DNA of 64,000 nucleotides from Anaeromyxobacter sp. (lineage in GTDB: Bacteria > Myxococcota > Myxococcia > Myxococcales > Anaeromyxobacteraceae). A program made the translations under genes and the position numbers. Below the pieces are notes generated by a model. It had not been told where the DNA came from and did no database searches. It saw only the letters and a program-made list of their open reading frames with translations. The DNA is taken from the NCBI GenBank assembly GCA_046351695.1, contig JAXLYA010000004.1, positions 171,265-235,264 of the forward strand, read 5' to 3'. Below are positions 26,124 through 35,771 of this stretch, piece by piece (the first letter of the stretch is position 1; every line of letters starts with the position of its first letter).

Positions 26124-27929
26124 ATGCAGAGGAATCCGTTCCTGGCGCTCCTGCTCGTCCCGCTGATCGCGTGCAGTGGCGGTGGTGGCGGGGACGACGG
26201 CGGAGGTGGCGGAGGCGGCGGAGGGACGCCGGACCCCGGCCCCTCGAGCGGCGGCGGCGGCGCGAGCACCCAGGTCGGCTCGCTCGTCGCCAAGGCTGGC
26301 CCGAGCCAGGGCGCGGGCATGGCGGGCGCCGGCGGCGGGAGGGTGAACCTCTGGTCGATCGACGCGAGCCCGATCGTGCTGAAGACGGCGCCCGGCCTGC
26401 CCGCGAAGCCGGTGTGGAACCGGCCGGCCATCGCGCTCGGGGCGAACCCGCGGACGTTCGCCGGGACCTCGACGTACACGGCGAGCGGCAACGTGAAGGG
26501 AGACGACGGCACGAACCTGGCGACCGCGCTCTGGGTGAAGCCCGGCGCCACGTTGAAGGTGGAGCCTCCGTCCGCGCTCGGCGCCCTCCTCGTGAACGGG
26601 CCGATCGTCATCGAGGGGACGCTCTCGCTCGGCCGCGCCGCCGACGGCGCCCTGGACTCCGCCTCGCTCTTCGTCGGGGGCACGGTCGTCGCCCTCGCCC
26701 CGGCCGGGAAGATCCTCGCGGCCGGCGACGACGGCGGGGCCGGGGCGGGCGGGAACGGCGGCAGCGTGGCGCTCGGGGCGACCCAGGGCGTGTTCGTCTT
26801 CGGCACCGTCGACGCGAGCGGCGGGACCGGCGGCACGGCGGGGGGCAGCGGCGGGGTCGTGGTGGCAGGCGTCGGCCTCGTGCCGGTCACCGGGATCCCG
26901 GCGCCGACGGGCGGGACGGCGGTCTTCACCGGGCAGGTGACCGTCGCGGGCGGCGCGGGAGGCACCGGGCCGGGCGGAGCCGCGGGAGAGTTCCTGCTCG
27001 GGTTCGGCGGCGGGGGCGGCGGAGGCGGCGGCGTGTTCCGGGCGGAGCGCGGCGGAGGCGCCGCGCGGGCCGCGCGGGCGAGCTTTCCGGATGATCTCGA
27101 GGCCCACGTCTACGGCACCGTGCGCGCGAACGGCGGCTCCGGCAGCGCGGGCGGCAGCGGGGGCCTGATCCAGGCGTCCGGCGTGAAATGGACGGTCGCC
27201 GCCGGCACGCTCGACGTGTCGGGCGGGACGGGCAGCGGGTTCGGCCAGGGCGGGCCGGGCGGCGACATCGCCCTCGGCGGCTCCGGCGGCGAGGTCTGGG
27301 TGGAGGGGACCTGCCTGGCGCGCGGCGGCGACTCCGGCGTGAGCCAGGGCGCCCGCGGCGGCTCGGTCACCGTGGTTTGGGACGACAGCACCTCCCTGGC
27401 CGTAGGGCCCATCCACGTGTCGGCGAGCGTCGACGCGCGGGGCGGCGGCGGGGACCGCGGCGGGCCGGGCGGCGCCGTGAACCTCGAGGCGACCGGCGCC
27501 GTGACCGCCGTCGTGGACGGCGTGGAGCTCGGCGGCGCCCCCGGGGTGGGCGTGGGGCCGGGCGGGCCGGGCGGCGAGCTCGACCTCTACACGACGGACG
27601 GCGAAGCCTACGGGCCGATCACCGTCGGCGTCCCGATCCTCAACAGCGGCGGGAGCAGCACCGGCGGGAACGGCGGCGCGGGAGGTGGGGTCACCGTCGA
27701 GGGCAAGGCCATCTCGCTCGCCGCGATCACCGCGAACGGCGGCAACGCGGCGGTCGAGCTCGCGGGAGGCCCGGGCGGCCACGTCCGAGCCACGGGCCAC
27801 GGCGGGACCACCACCGCCACCGCCCCGATCTCGGTGAAGGGCGGCACGGGGACCCCGGCTGGCGTCGTCGGCACCGTGATCCTCGACGGGGTGGCGAAGC
27901 CGCTCGTGAACGGCGTCTACACGCCCTGA
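26124..27929 (+). CDS. Glycine-rich repetitive lipoprotein (predicted beta-helix/solenoid)
   Basis: Lipobox LIAC with a GGAGG SD, then a poly-G/D linker. At least 11 units follow, each a G-rich turn plus a short strand (GGTGGTAGGSGGVVV; GGSGSAGGSGGLIQA; GGPGGAVNLE; GGNGGAGGGVTVE; GGPGGHVRA ...). Confidence 0.6.
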   Translation: MQRNPFLALLLVPLIACSGGGGGDDGGGGGGGGGTPDPGPSSGGGGASTQVGSLVAKAGPSQGAGMAGAGGGRVNLWSIDASPIVLKTAPGLPAKPVWNRPAIALGANPRTFAGTSTYTASGNVKGDDGTNLATALWVKPGATLKVEPPSALGALLVNGPIVIEGTLSLGRAADGALDSASLFVGGTVVALAPAGKILAAGDDGGAGAGGNGGSVALGATQGVFVFGTVDASGGTGGTAGGSGGVVVAGVGLVPVTGIPAPTGGTAVFTGQVTVAGGAGGTGPGGAAGEFLLGFGGGGGGGGGVFRAERGGGAARAARASFPDDLEAHVYGTVRANGGSGSAGGSGGLIQASGVKWTVAAGTLDVSGGTGSGFGQGGPGGDIALGGSGGEVWVEGTCLARGGDSGVSQGARGGSVTVVWDDSTSLAVGPIHVSASVDARGGGGDRGGPGGAVNLEATGAVTAVVDGVELGGAPGVGVGPGGPGGELDLYTTDGEAYGPITVGVPILNSGGSSTGGNGGAGGGVTVEGKAISLAAITANGGNAAVELAGGPGGHVRATGHGGTTTATAPISVKGGTGTPAGVVGTVILDGVAKPLVNGVYTP

Positions 27930-29026
27930 CCCATCGCCGCGTCGATCGTCTCGGCGAGGTAGCGCGCGGCGAGGCCGACGGTGCGCTCGTTCCCGGCCGC
28001 GTCGCGCCCGAGGCCCGGCGCGACCTCCATCACGTCGCCGCCGCAGAGGCCCACCTCGCGGCCGAGGCGGCGGATGAGCTCCGAGACGAAGTCCGGGGTG
28101 AGGCCGCCGGGCTCCGGCGTGCCGGTCGCGTCGGCCCAGCGCTCGTCGGTGCCGTCGATGTCGTTCGAGAGGTAGACCGCGCGCACCCCGCTCGCCTTCA
28201 CGTGGCGGACGATCGCGTCCACGGCGGCGGCCGGGTCGCGGTTCACATCCTCCGCCCAGAACTGCCGCACGCCGAGGGTCGACTCCCAGTGCTCGCGGGT
28301 GCGGCGCGTGGCGCGGATGCCGACCTGCACCATCCGGCCGCCGCGGCCGACGAGGTCGTTCGCGTGGAACGACCACGTGCCGAAGCAGTAGCGGACGCCG
28401 AGCCGCTCCTCGAGGAGGTCGGTGTGCGCGTCGAGCTGCACGATGCCGAGGCCGGGCACGTGCGGGGCGAGCGCCTTCACCACCGGCCAGGCGCAGGAGT
28501 GATCGCCCCCGAGCGCGAAGATCCTGGCGTCCGGGTTCACCGAGAGCGCGAGCCCGAGCGCCCGCTCCGCGATGGAGAGCGGCGAGACCGGGAGCACGCC
28601 CGCGTCCGCCGCGCCCGGGTAGAGCGCCGCCCGGGAGGCGGCGAGCTGCGCGGCCGAGAGCATGTCGTCGTGGAGGAGCTGCGGGACCACGAACACGTCG
28701 CCGAGGTCGACGAGGCCCGCGGCGCGCGCCCGCTCCGCGCGGCGTGGGTCGTCCGCGAGGAGCCGCGCACGAATGGCGCCCGGCCCGAGGTTCGCGCCGC
28801 GGCGGAAGCCGGCGCCCACGTCGGACGGGATCCCGAGCAGGAAGCCGCGCGCGGTCGCGAGGCGGGCGAGGTCCTCCTTCCAGCGGGCCTGCACGCCGGC
28901 CTCGTCGGCCGCGCCGTAGAGCGAGCGCTGGAGCGCCTCCTGCTCGGCCTTGCCGGTCGAGACGAGGTGGATGCCGCCGCCCGCGGGGCGGAGCAGGCGG
29001 GCGAGGGTGTCGGCGGGCGTCGTCAC
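27917..29026 (-). CDS. Arginase/agmatinase/formiminoglutamase (ureohydrolase) family protein
   Basis: Mn-binding motifs GGDHS, DAHTD and SNDIDGTD. GTG start with an AAGGA SD. Confidence 0.8.
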   Translation of the reverse strand: MTTPADTLARLLRPAGGGIHLVSTGKAEQEALQRSLYGAADEAGVQARWKEDLARLATARGFLLGIPSDVGAGFRRGANLGPGAIRARLLADDPRRAERARAAGLVDLGDVFVVPQLLHDDMLSAAQLAASRAALYPGAADAGVLPVSPLSIAERALGLALSVNPDARIFALGGDHSCAWPVVKALAPHVPGLGIVQLDAHTDLLEERLGVRYCFGTWSFHANDLVGRGGRMVQVGIRATRRTREHWESTLGVRQFWAEDVNRDPAAAVDAIVRHVKASGVRAVYLSNDIDGTDERWADATGTPEPGGLTPDFVSELIRRLGREVGLCGGDVMEVAPGLGRDAAGNERTVGLAARYLAETIDAAMGQGV

Positions 29027-29040
29027 GCCCGTCCTTTACC

Positions 29041-30585
29041 TCACGCCTTCCAGGCGCGCACGAACTCCACGAGGGTGCGCACCCCGAAGCCGGTGCCGGC
29101 CTTCGGCGTGTAGCCCTTCTCCCGGCCGGAGTGCGACGGACCCGCGATGTCGAGGTGGGCCCAGGGCGTGTCCTTCGCGAAGGCGTGCAGGAAGTGGCCG
29201 GCGCTGATGGCGCCGCCGAGGCGGTCGCCGGTGTTCTTGAGGTCGGCGCGGTCGCTCTTGAGCGAGTCCTTGAGGGACTCGGTGAGGGGGAGCCGCCAGA
29301 CCTCCTCGCCGGCGGTGCGCGCCGCGGCGAGGACGCCGTCGACGACCGGGCCGTCCGGCCCCATGAGGCCGGCGGTGGTGGGCCCGAGCGCCACCATGCA
29401 GGCGCCGGTGAGCGTCGCGACGTCGATCATCGCGGCGGGCTTCATCGTCGCGGCGGCCCAGGCGAGGACGTCGCCGAGGACGAGGCGTCCCTCGGCGTCG
29501 GTGTTCGTGATCTCGACCGTCTTCCCGGCGTAGGACGTGAGGACGTCGGTCACCTTGTACGCGCGCCCGCCCGGCATGTTCTCGCAGGCGCCGAGCACGG
29601 CGTGCACCGGGAACTCCGGCTTCACCATCGCCACCACGCGGATGGCGGCGAGCACCGCGGCGGAGCCCGCCATGTCGGTGTGCATGTGCTGCATGTTCTC
29701 GTTCGACTTGAGCGAGAGGCCGCCGGAGTCGAAGGTGATGGCCTTGCCCACGAGCACGACCGGCGGCCGCTTCGCGCCGGCGCCCTTCGGGACCCAGCTC
29801 ACCTTCACGAGCCGGGGCTGCTCGGCCGAGCCGCGCGTCACGCCGAGGAACATCCCCATGCCGAGCTTCGCGATCTCCGCGGGGCCCTGCACCTCGACGG
29901 CGAGCCCGGCCTTCTTCGCGAGCCCCCGTGCCTCCTCGGCGAGCCGGGCCGGCGTGAGGTCGGCGGGGCCGAGGTTCACCATGTCGCGCGCCCACGCGGT
30001 CGCGTCGGCGAGCTCGCGGGCGAGGGCCACCGCCTCCTTCACGGCGGCGGTGCGCGCGACGAGGGCGGGAACGACGACGGTGAGGCCGTTCAGCTTCGTC
30101 TTCTTCGAGGGCTCGGTCTTGTAGCGCTCGAAGACGTACGCGCCGAGGAGCACGCCCTCGGTCGCGGCGCGGGCGGCGCCTGCCGCCTCGTTGCCCTCCG
30201 CGCCCTCCGGCAGCGTGATCACGAGCTTCGCGGCGCCCGCGCGCGCGGCGGCCCGCGCGGCCTGGCCGCCGGCTTGCCGGAGCGCCTCGCGCGCGTCCTG
30301 CGGCCACGGCGCCGCGGCCGCCTTCTTCCCGCCGAGCCCGAGCACGACCACCCGCGCCGCCTTGAGCTTCCCGAGCGTCTGGATCGTGAGCTCCTGCCCG
30401 GCCTTCGCCTCGAACCGCTCGGCCTCGGCGGCGGCGTAGAGCGCGCCCGAGAGCGCACGGTCGACGGCGGCGACGCGCGCGCCGCGGAAGTCCTCGGCGT
30501 GCACCGGGAGGGCGAGGACGTCGGTGACGAGGGTCAGCGGATCCACGCCGGCGGTCTGGACGGCGATCTGGCTGGGATGGGGCAT
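29041..30585 (-). CDS. pepA: Leucyl aminopeptidase (M17)
   Basis: VGKAITFDSGG, MHTDMAGSA and the signature NTDAEGRLVLGD. Confidence 0.9.
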   Translation of the reverse strand: MPHPSQIAVQTAGVDPLTLVTDVLALPVHAEDFRGARVAAVDRALSGALYAAAEAERFEAKAGQELTIQTLGKLKAARVVVLGLGGKKAAAAPWPQDAREALRQAGGQAARAAARAGAAKLVITLPEGAEGNEAAGAARAATEGVLLGAYVFERYKTEPSKKTKLNGLTVVVPALVARTAAVKEAVALARELADATAWARDMVNLGPADLTPARLAEEARGLAKKAGLAVEVQGPAEIAKLGMGMFLGVTRGSAEQPRLVKVSWVPKGAGAKRPPVVLVGKAITFDSGGLSLKSNENMQHMHTDMAGSAAVLAAIRVVAMVKPEFPVHAVLGACENMPGGRAYKVTDVLTSYAGKTVEITNTDAEGRLVLGDVLAWAAATMKPAAMIDVATLTGACMVALGPTTAGLMGPDGPVVDGVLAAARTAGEEVWRLPLTESLKDSLKSDRADLKNTGDRLGGAISAGHFLHAFAKDTPWAHLDIAGPSHSGREKGYTPKAGTGFGVRTLVEFVRAWKA

Positions 30586-30610
30586 CGGGGTCTCCGTCGG
30601 AGGGGGTCCG

Positions 30611-32143
<1,533 letters not shown>

Positions 32144-32228
32144 GCGCCGGCGATTCTACCCCGGCCGCGCGGAGGCCGAACCTTCCCGGCCCCGAACCCG
32201 CCGGGAGTGGGTCGGGCGGGGCCGGCGG

Positions 32229-32609
32229 TCAGGCCTTCTCGGGCACCGACGCCGGCCGCTCGCCGTGGCGCGCGGTCACGACCGTCCGGATGCCGCCGCG
32301 GACCGCGAAGTCGCCGACGACCTCGATCCAGCGCGGCTGGATGGCGGCGACGATGTCGTCGCAGATCTTGTTCGTGACCGCCTCGTGGAAGGCGCCCTCG
32401 TCCCGGTAGGACCAGAGGTAGAGCTTCAGGCTCTTCAGCTCGACGCAGCGCTCGGCCGGGACGTACCGGAGCCGGATGGTCGCGAAGTCCGGCTGCCCGG
32501 TCATCGGACAGACGCACGTGAACTCCGGGCAGTCCATGGCGATCTCGAACGGACGATCGGGCTTCGGGTTCGGGAAGGTCTGCAGGTCTCGGGAGGGCTT
32601 CGAGGGCAT
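32229..32609 (-). CDS. queF: NADPH-dependent 7-cyano-7-deazaguanine (preQ0) reductase, unimodular type
   Basis: Start [15 protein letters not shown] at 32609. Motifs are [15 protein letters not shown] (catalytic Cys) and [17 protein letters not shown] (QueF motif). Confidence 0.9.
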   Translation of the reverse strand: MPSKPSRDLQTFPNPKPDRPFEIAMDCPEFTCVCPMTGQPDFATIRLRYVPAERCVELKSLKLYLWSYRDEGAFHEAVTNKICDDIVAAIQPRWIEVVGDFAVRGGIRTVVTARHGERPASVPEKA

Positions 32610-32817
32610 GGCGTTGGTCGGTGCGCGCGAGGGGTGGAATCCGTTCGGGGCGAGGGGCGACGGGATTTCGAGCCCGTTCGGATTTCCACGATGGAAAACC
32701 GCGCGCCCCGGTCCCGGCCACGCGCGCAAGTCCCTGTAACCTCGGCGAAGGTCGGGAGGCAAGCCGTTTGCTAAGGGGAGGGTCAAGAGCTGTCGCACGG
32801 TTCAGGAGGAGGTACCG
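32610..32817 (-). promoter_or_regulatory. Structured 208-nt region between queF and a divergent small ORF; contains competing helices (candidate cis-regulatory leader)
   Basis: mRNA segment UGGAAAUCCG (plus 32679-32688) can pair with upstream GGUUUUCCA (32692-32700) or with downstream CGGAUUCCA (32635-32643). An inner hairpin ACGGG-N8-CCCGU lies at 32660-32677. GCGCGC blocks flank the region. Confidence 0.3.
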
Positions 32818-33006
32818 ATGAAGCGCAATCAGCGTCGCAGGATCCCCAGCCCGCGCCGGATCGTCACCACCCTCGGCGAGCTCGTCTCGGCCGCGTACGA
32901 GGCAGTCCCCGGCCTCGGGCGCGACCGGCGTGAGCGCGCGCTCTTCCTCCTCACCCGCTCGCCGCTCGCGCGGCAGCTCGTCCCCCACGTGGAGTTCGTT
33001 CGCTAG
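32818..33006 (+). CDS. Small (62 aa) hypothetical protein with strongly basic N-terminus
   Basis: Strong SD (AGGAGGAGG, 6 nt spacer) before the ATG, high GC3, MKRNQRRRIPSPRRIVTTLGELVSAAYEAV.... A perfect hairpin terminator follows. Confidence 0.55.
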   Translation: MKRNQRRRIPSPRRIVTTLGELVSAAYEAVPGLGRDRRERALFLLTRSPLARQLVPHVEFVR

Positions 33007-33081
33007 GACGCGCTTCTCCCCTGCTGGAGGCGTCGTCCCCTCGACGTCTCCGCGTCACTACAGCTGGACGAGATCCACATT

Positions 33082-33114
33082 CATCGGGCCTGGCGACCGC
33101 CGCCAGGCCCGATG
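33082..33114 (+). terminator. Rho-independent-type terminator hairpin
   Basis: Perfect 14-bp stem CATCGGGCCTGGCG-accgc-CGCCAGGCCCGATG followed by TCTTTGTTG. Confidence 0.5.
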
Positions 33115-33133
33115 TCTTTGTTGCTGCGGGGGG

Positions 33134-33182
33134 CCGTCCCTCGACTCCGGCCCGCTTCGCGGGCCTACGCTCGGGATCGCGG
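33134..33182 (+). repeat. Intergenic repeat family 1, copy 1 (matches 43443-43495)
   Basis: cgtccctcgactccgg-cccgct-tcgcggg-cctacgctcgggat versus cgtccctcgactccgggcccgctggcgcgggccctacgctcgggat. The core is a GC hairpin (GGCCCGC-ttc-GCGGGCC) flanked by TCCC...GGGA. Confidence 0.7.
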
Positions 33183-34166
33183 CTAGAACGTCAGCACGAT
33201 CTTGCCGAAGCTGGAGTTCTTCTCCATGCGCTCGTGCGCCTCGCGGGCGCGCTCGGCGGGCAGGACGAGGTCCACCACCGGCTTCACCTTGCCGGCGGCG
33301 ACGAGCGGCAGGGCGTCGCGCGCGAAGGCCTGCGACGCGGCGATCTTCTCCTCGAGCGGCCGGGGGCGGAGCACCGTGCCGACGACGGCGCCGCGGGCCC
33401 GCATGAGGAGCGGGAGGTCGAGCGGGCCCTCGCGGCCGCCCATGGTGCCGATGACCACGATGCGGCCGCCGGTCGCGAGCGCGGCGAGGTCGTCGGTGAG
33501 GTACGCGCCGCCCACGAGCTCGAGGACGATCGCGACGCCGCGGCCGCCGGTGGCCGCGCGGACCTCGCCGGCGAACCGGGCCGGGTTGCCGACCACGATG
33601 CCGTGATCGAGGCCGAGCGCCTTCGCGCGCTCGAGCTTGTCGGGCGTGCGCGAGGTGCCGATGACCGTCGCTCCCGCGGCGCGCGCGAGCTGGATGGCCA
33701 TCGTGGCGATGCCGGAGCCGGCCGCGTGCACGAGCACGGTCGCGCCGGGCCGGAGGCCGCCCAGCGTGAACAGCGCGTCGTGGGAGGTGACGCCCGCCTC
33801 GGGCAGCGCCGCCGCCTCCTCGAAGGAGAGGTTCGGCGGCACCCGCAGCAGCATGCGCTCGTGCGCGACGGCGAGCTCGGCCTGTGCCTCGCCCGAGGCG
33901 ATGGCCATGACCCGGTCGCCGACCTTCCACGCCTCCACGCCCGCGCCGCACCAGACCACCTCGCCGGCGAGCTCGAGGCCCGGCACGTCCTCGCGGTAGC
34001 CGGCGGGCGGCGGGTAGAGGCCGCGCCGCTGCAGGAGGTCGGCGCGGTTGAGGGCCGCGGCCTTCACCTGCACCAGGACCTCACCCCGCCCGGGCTCCGG
34101 GTCCGGGAGCTCGGCGAGCTCCACGACCTCGGGCCCCCCCTTCCCGTTGAACCTGACGGCCTTCAT
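33183..34166 (-). CDS. NAD(P)H:quinone oxidoreductase, zeta-crystallin/MDR family
   Basis: MKAVRF...EVLVQVKAAALNRADLLQRRGLYPPP...VLVHAAGSGIATMAIQLA. Confidence 0.85.
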   Translation of the reverse strand: MKAVRFNGKGGPEVVELAELPDPEPGRGEVLVQVKAAALNRADLLQRRGLYPPPAGYREDVPGLELAGEVVWCGAGVEAWKVGDRVMAIASGEAQAELAVAHERMLLRVPPNLSFEEAAALPEAGVTSHDALFTLGGLRPGATVLVHAAGSGIATMAIQLARAAGATVIGTSRTPDKLERAKALGLDHGIVVGNPARFAGEVRAATGGRGVAIVLELVGGAYLTDDLAALATGGRIVVIGTMGGREGPLDLPLLMRARGAVVGTVLRPRPLEEKIAASQAFARDALPLVAAGKVKPVVDLVLPAERAREAHERMEKNSSFGKIVLTF

Positions 34167-34302
34167 CCGCTCGCCTCCTCGCTCCCCTGCCGGATGGTGT
34201 CGTCCATCCGCGCACAGGGTGCCAGGTCATCGGGGCCGCCGTCCACCCGGGGCCGCCCCGGGCCCCTTCACTCCGAGTCCGCGCGATGCTAAACACCCGG
34301 AC

Positions 34303-35682
34303 GTGCCCGCGCCCGGTCTCCTGCTCGCGTCGCTCGCCTGGGCGGCCGCTGCCGCCGCGGCGCCGGGGCAGGCGTCGCGGTGCGAGCGCGGCGCGGCGGA
34401 CGGGTGCCGCGAAGCCGGCCGGGAGCTGCTCTCCTCCGCAGACCCCCGGGACGCCCGGCTCGGGACGGCCTACGTCGCCCTGGCCTGCGAGATGGGCGAT
34501 CCCCCCGCGTGCGCGCACCTCGGCGCGCTGCACGCGCTGGGACGCGGGGTCTCATTCGACGCCGTCCGCGCGACCGCGCTCTCGCGCCGGGCGTGCGAGG
34601 CGGGCGTCGCGTTCGCCTGCGCGAACTGGGCGGCGCTCGTGGCGGAGGACGCCGGCGGGCCGGCCCGGCTCGCCGGGGCGCAGGCGGTGGACGTGGTGCG
34701 CAAGCTGCGGGCCGCGTGCGAGGCGGGCGCGCCGGAGGGGTGCCTCGACCTCGCGGTCGCGCTCGAGGCGGGGACCGCGGGGAAGCCGGACCAGGACGGC
34801 GCCTCGGTGGCGCTCGTGCGCGCGTGCGACGCGGGGCTCGCCATCGCCTGCCACCGGCTCGCGCTCGTCTGGTCGGACGAGGACACCGCCCGCCCGCTGC
34901 GGGCCCGCGCCTGCCGCGCGGCGATCGCGCCGGCGTGCGCGGTGGCCGGCCTGCCGGTGCCGCCGGCCGGGCCGTCGACGCCGTCGCCGCGCCTCGCCGA
35001 GGACCCCGGCAGCCTCGCGCTCGCCGTGCCGGGCACGGGCGGGGTGCACCCCGCCGACCTCGCCGGACGCGCGGTGGGCACGGTCGTCTCCGGGTCGCAG
35101 GCCGAAGGCGACGCCGCCGTGGCCCTGCTCCTCCCCGCCCGCAAGCTCGAGCTCGCACCCTGCCTCGACGCGGCCCGCGCGGCCCCGGCCCGGCCGGTCC
35201 GGCTCGAGCTCGCGTTCGTGGTGGAGGCCGACGGCCGCGCGGGCGAGGTGCGCGCCTCGACGGACCCGCCGGAGCCCGCGCTCGAGGCGTGCGCCTCCGA
35301 GGTCGCCCTCGACTGGAGCTTCCCGGCCGGGCCCGCGCGGGCGGGGCCGTTCGCCGTGCGGCTGGACGTCGACCCCTTCCCGGGCGGCGTCGCGCCCCTC
35401 TACCCGGGCGCGACCGGCGCGAGGCCGGCCCCGCGCGAGCCGGGCTGCGTCGCCGCCGCGCTCCGCGCCCCCGCGGACACCGTCGCGCGGACGCTCACCT
35501 TCAAGCTCGCCGTCGACCCCGAGGGCCGGGCCTCGCTCGTCGCTCCGCTCACGGCCGCGCCGGAGCCGCTCCTCGAGGCCGCGTCCCGCGCGATCCGCTC
35601 GTGCCGCTTCACCCCGGGTTCGGCCGCCGGGCGGCCCGCCCCGGTCTGGACGACGATGACGCTGCGGATCGGGGGCGGCTGA
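34303..35682 (+). CDS. Secreted Cys-rich Sel1-like repeat protein with C-terminal TonB-C/AgmX-PglI-like domains
   Basis: GTG start giving the signal peptide VPAPGLLLASLAWAAAAAAAPG. Repeated C..G....C...G motifs (ACEMGDPPACAHLGALHALGRG; ACEAGVAFACANWA; ACEAGAPEGCLDLA; ACDAGLAIACHRLA). C-terminal LELAFVVEADGRAGEVR... and LTFKLAVDPEGRASLV... Confidence 0.55.
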   Translation: MPAPGLLLASLAWAAAAAAAPGQASRCERGAADGCREAGRELLSSADPRDARLGTAYVALACEMGDPPACAHLGALHALGRGVSFDAVRATALSRRACEAGVAFACANWAALVAEDAGGPARLAGAQAVDVVRKLRAACEAGAPEGCLDLAVALEAGTAGKPDQDGASVALVRACDAGLAIACHRLALVWSDEDTARPLRARACRAAIAPACAVAGLPVPPAGPSTPSPRLAEDPGSLALAVPGTGGVHPADLAGRAVGTVVSGSQAEGDAAVALLLPARKLELAPCLDAARAAPARPVRLELAFVVEADGRAGEVRASTDPPEPALEACASEVALDWSFPAGPARAGPFAVRLDVDPFPGGVAPLYPGATGARPAPREPGCVAAALRAPADTVARTLTFKLAVDPEGRASLVAPLTAAPEPLLEAASRAIRSCRFTPGSAAGRPAPVWTTMTLRIGGG

Positions 35683-35771
35683 GCGTCGACCCGGGGCCTG
35701 GGTCAGCCGAAAACTGGCCGCACGACCCGTGGCGCGGTAGCGATCGGAATCGCTATCGTTCGGCTCGACCG

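Noticed and set aside
32610-32817. A known preQ1 riboswitch (class I, II or III) upstream of queF
   Set aside because: There is no short P1 stem followed by an A-rich tail and no other class-defining feature. Only a generic structured leader is reported, at low confidence.
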